Below are positions 62,776 to 64,000 of a DNA stretch of 64,000 nucleotides, piece by piece. This DNA is from Dipteris shenzhenensis (lineage: Eukaryota), in the NCBI GenBank assembly GCA_047967505.1, contig CM106538.1; one strand, written 5' to 3'. A program made the position numbers and the translations under genes. Every line of letters begins with the position of its first letter. Position 1 is the first letter of the stretch. A model generated the notes under the pieces. It had not been told where the DNA came from and searched no databases. It saw nothing but the letters and a program-made list of their open reading frames with translations.

Positions 62776-64000
62776 TGTGGGGATTAAAGGTCGCTATGCC
62801 TTTACTCCGGTTATGTACAATACTTAAACACATATATAAATGAATGAAAAAGAAGATTAGGGTGTTCTGTACCTACCAAAACTTGTGTGGCTCTCTGTTT
62901 CTCTCTCTCCCTCTTCCATTCTTGCTTCTGTTGAGAGCACTCTCAACTGGTATCAGAGCTCGGGTGATCTAGTTGAGCGTGCGTGAATGCTTGGAAGCTC
63001 AACAGCTCTGTGGAAGAAAGGAGAAGCTTTGTGGGAAGCTTTGTGGGTGACTTACTTGCATCCGAGTGTGCAGAGACCTTGGAGGAACCTTTAGAAAAGT
63101 CACTTTGGTTTTGTGAAGTGGTTTTGAGAGCCTGTTAAGTGTTTTCAAAGAAAGTCGTTTTTTGAGCTTTTCCTTGTTCCGTTCGATGACAGAGACTCCG
63201 TGTTGACTTGTAGAGGTAACTATTACTTGCTTTTAGTGTCCACTTCACTTTAGGAGCTTGGAAACACCTTCATTCTTGAATCTGGGAGTTCGATGACAGA
63301 GACTCCGTGTTGACTTGTAGAGGTAACTATTGCTTGCTTTTGGTGTCCACTTCACTTCAGGAGCTTGGAATCACCTTCATTCTTGAATCTGGGATCATTT
63401 CATTGGATTTTTGACTTACTGTGTTAGTTCCTACGTTTTTCTGTCCGGGTATTGGAACTCAAGTTTGGAGCAACCATTTGCAGATCTGTCAGTTCCGGTG
63501 GACTCACGAGGTCCTAAAACTTCTATGTTGCTCATCATTTGCAGTCCGGTGGAGTTTACAAACAGCTCTTTTTTCAAAAGCGTTTTTCAGTCCGTGTGTT
63601 GGACCCAGTGATTGAGACCATAGTTTTCAAAACCGTCTGTCCCATTGCGCTGATAGGCCCAGATTGCCTTGTGAGATGCTATTTTTATGGACGCTTTGCA
63701 CATGGATGCTATTTTATGCTGAGGGACAGCTTTGACACATTGTAGGTGATGCACTGATAGTGTTATGCTCTCTTGGATGAGATATTATTGATGCATATCA
63801 CGGACGGTGTTTATGCTTGAGCCATTTGGCACCTATTGGCATTTTTGAATTGCCATTGCAGTTGGCATTTTCTTTTGGGTCAGATTTGCTCATATGGATG
63901 CAAAGTACATGCACATGAGTCAGCTGCATCTTTTGATGCTTTGAGCTTTGAGTTTTGGTAATATTTCAGTCTATTGTGGCACACATTTGGGTGCACTTGG
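62776..64000 (+). mobile_element. 5' LTR, PBS and leader of a second copy of the 35696-41804 Copia family (runs off the window)
   Basis: LTR 62776-62945 (170 bp, TGTGGGG...CTCTCA), PBS TGGTATCAGAGC at 62948, and a leader homologous to the reverse complement of 41620-40245. Confidence 0.95.

Overview
This is land-plant genomic DNA (probably a fern or another non-seed plant, which is an inference). Nearly all of it is nested transposable elements around one intact host gene, an intronless trihelix (SIP1/ASIL-like) transcription factor at 52915-53826. The retroelements are L1-type LINE relics, a decayed Copia, a chromodomain Gypsy interrupted by a younger Copia (a second copy of that Copia starts at the window end), and one young plus one probable gag-only (TR-GAG-like) LTR element. 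There is also a CACTA TnpD fragment. The most unusual region is about 19.8-30.1 kb. It holds a ~1077-codon Sola/DUF7869-like DD-type transposase (minus strand) with two En/Spm Tnp1-like N-terminal repeats. Facing away from it is a spliced ~800-codon gene with a ParB/DGQHR-like domain and a degenerate beta-class amino-methyltransferase-like C-terminus. Between the two genes lie ~35 copies of a 22-bp palindrome (GATTTGGCC-N4-GGCCAAATC) at 47/57-bp spacing, arranged with mirror symmetry around a central core. Both genes are inactivated in this copy. All domain assignments come from reading motifs by eye; no searches were run.
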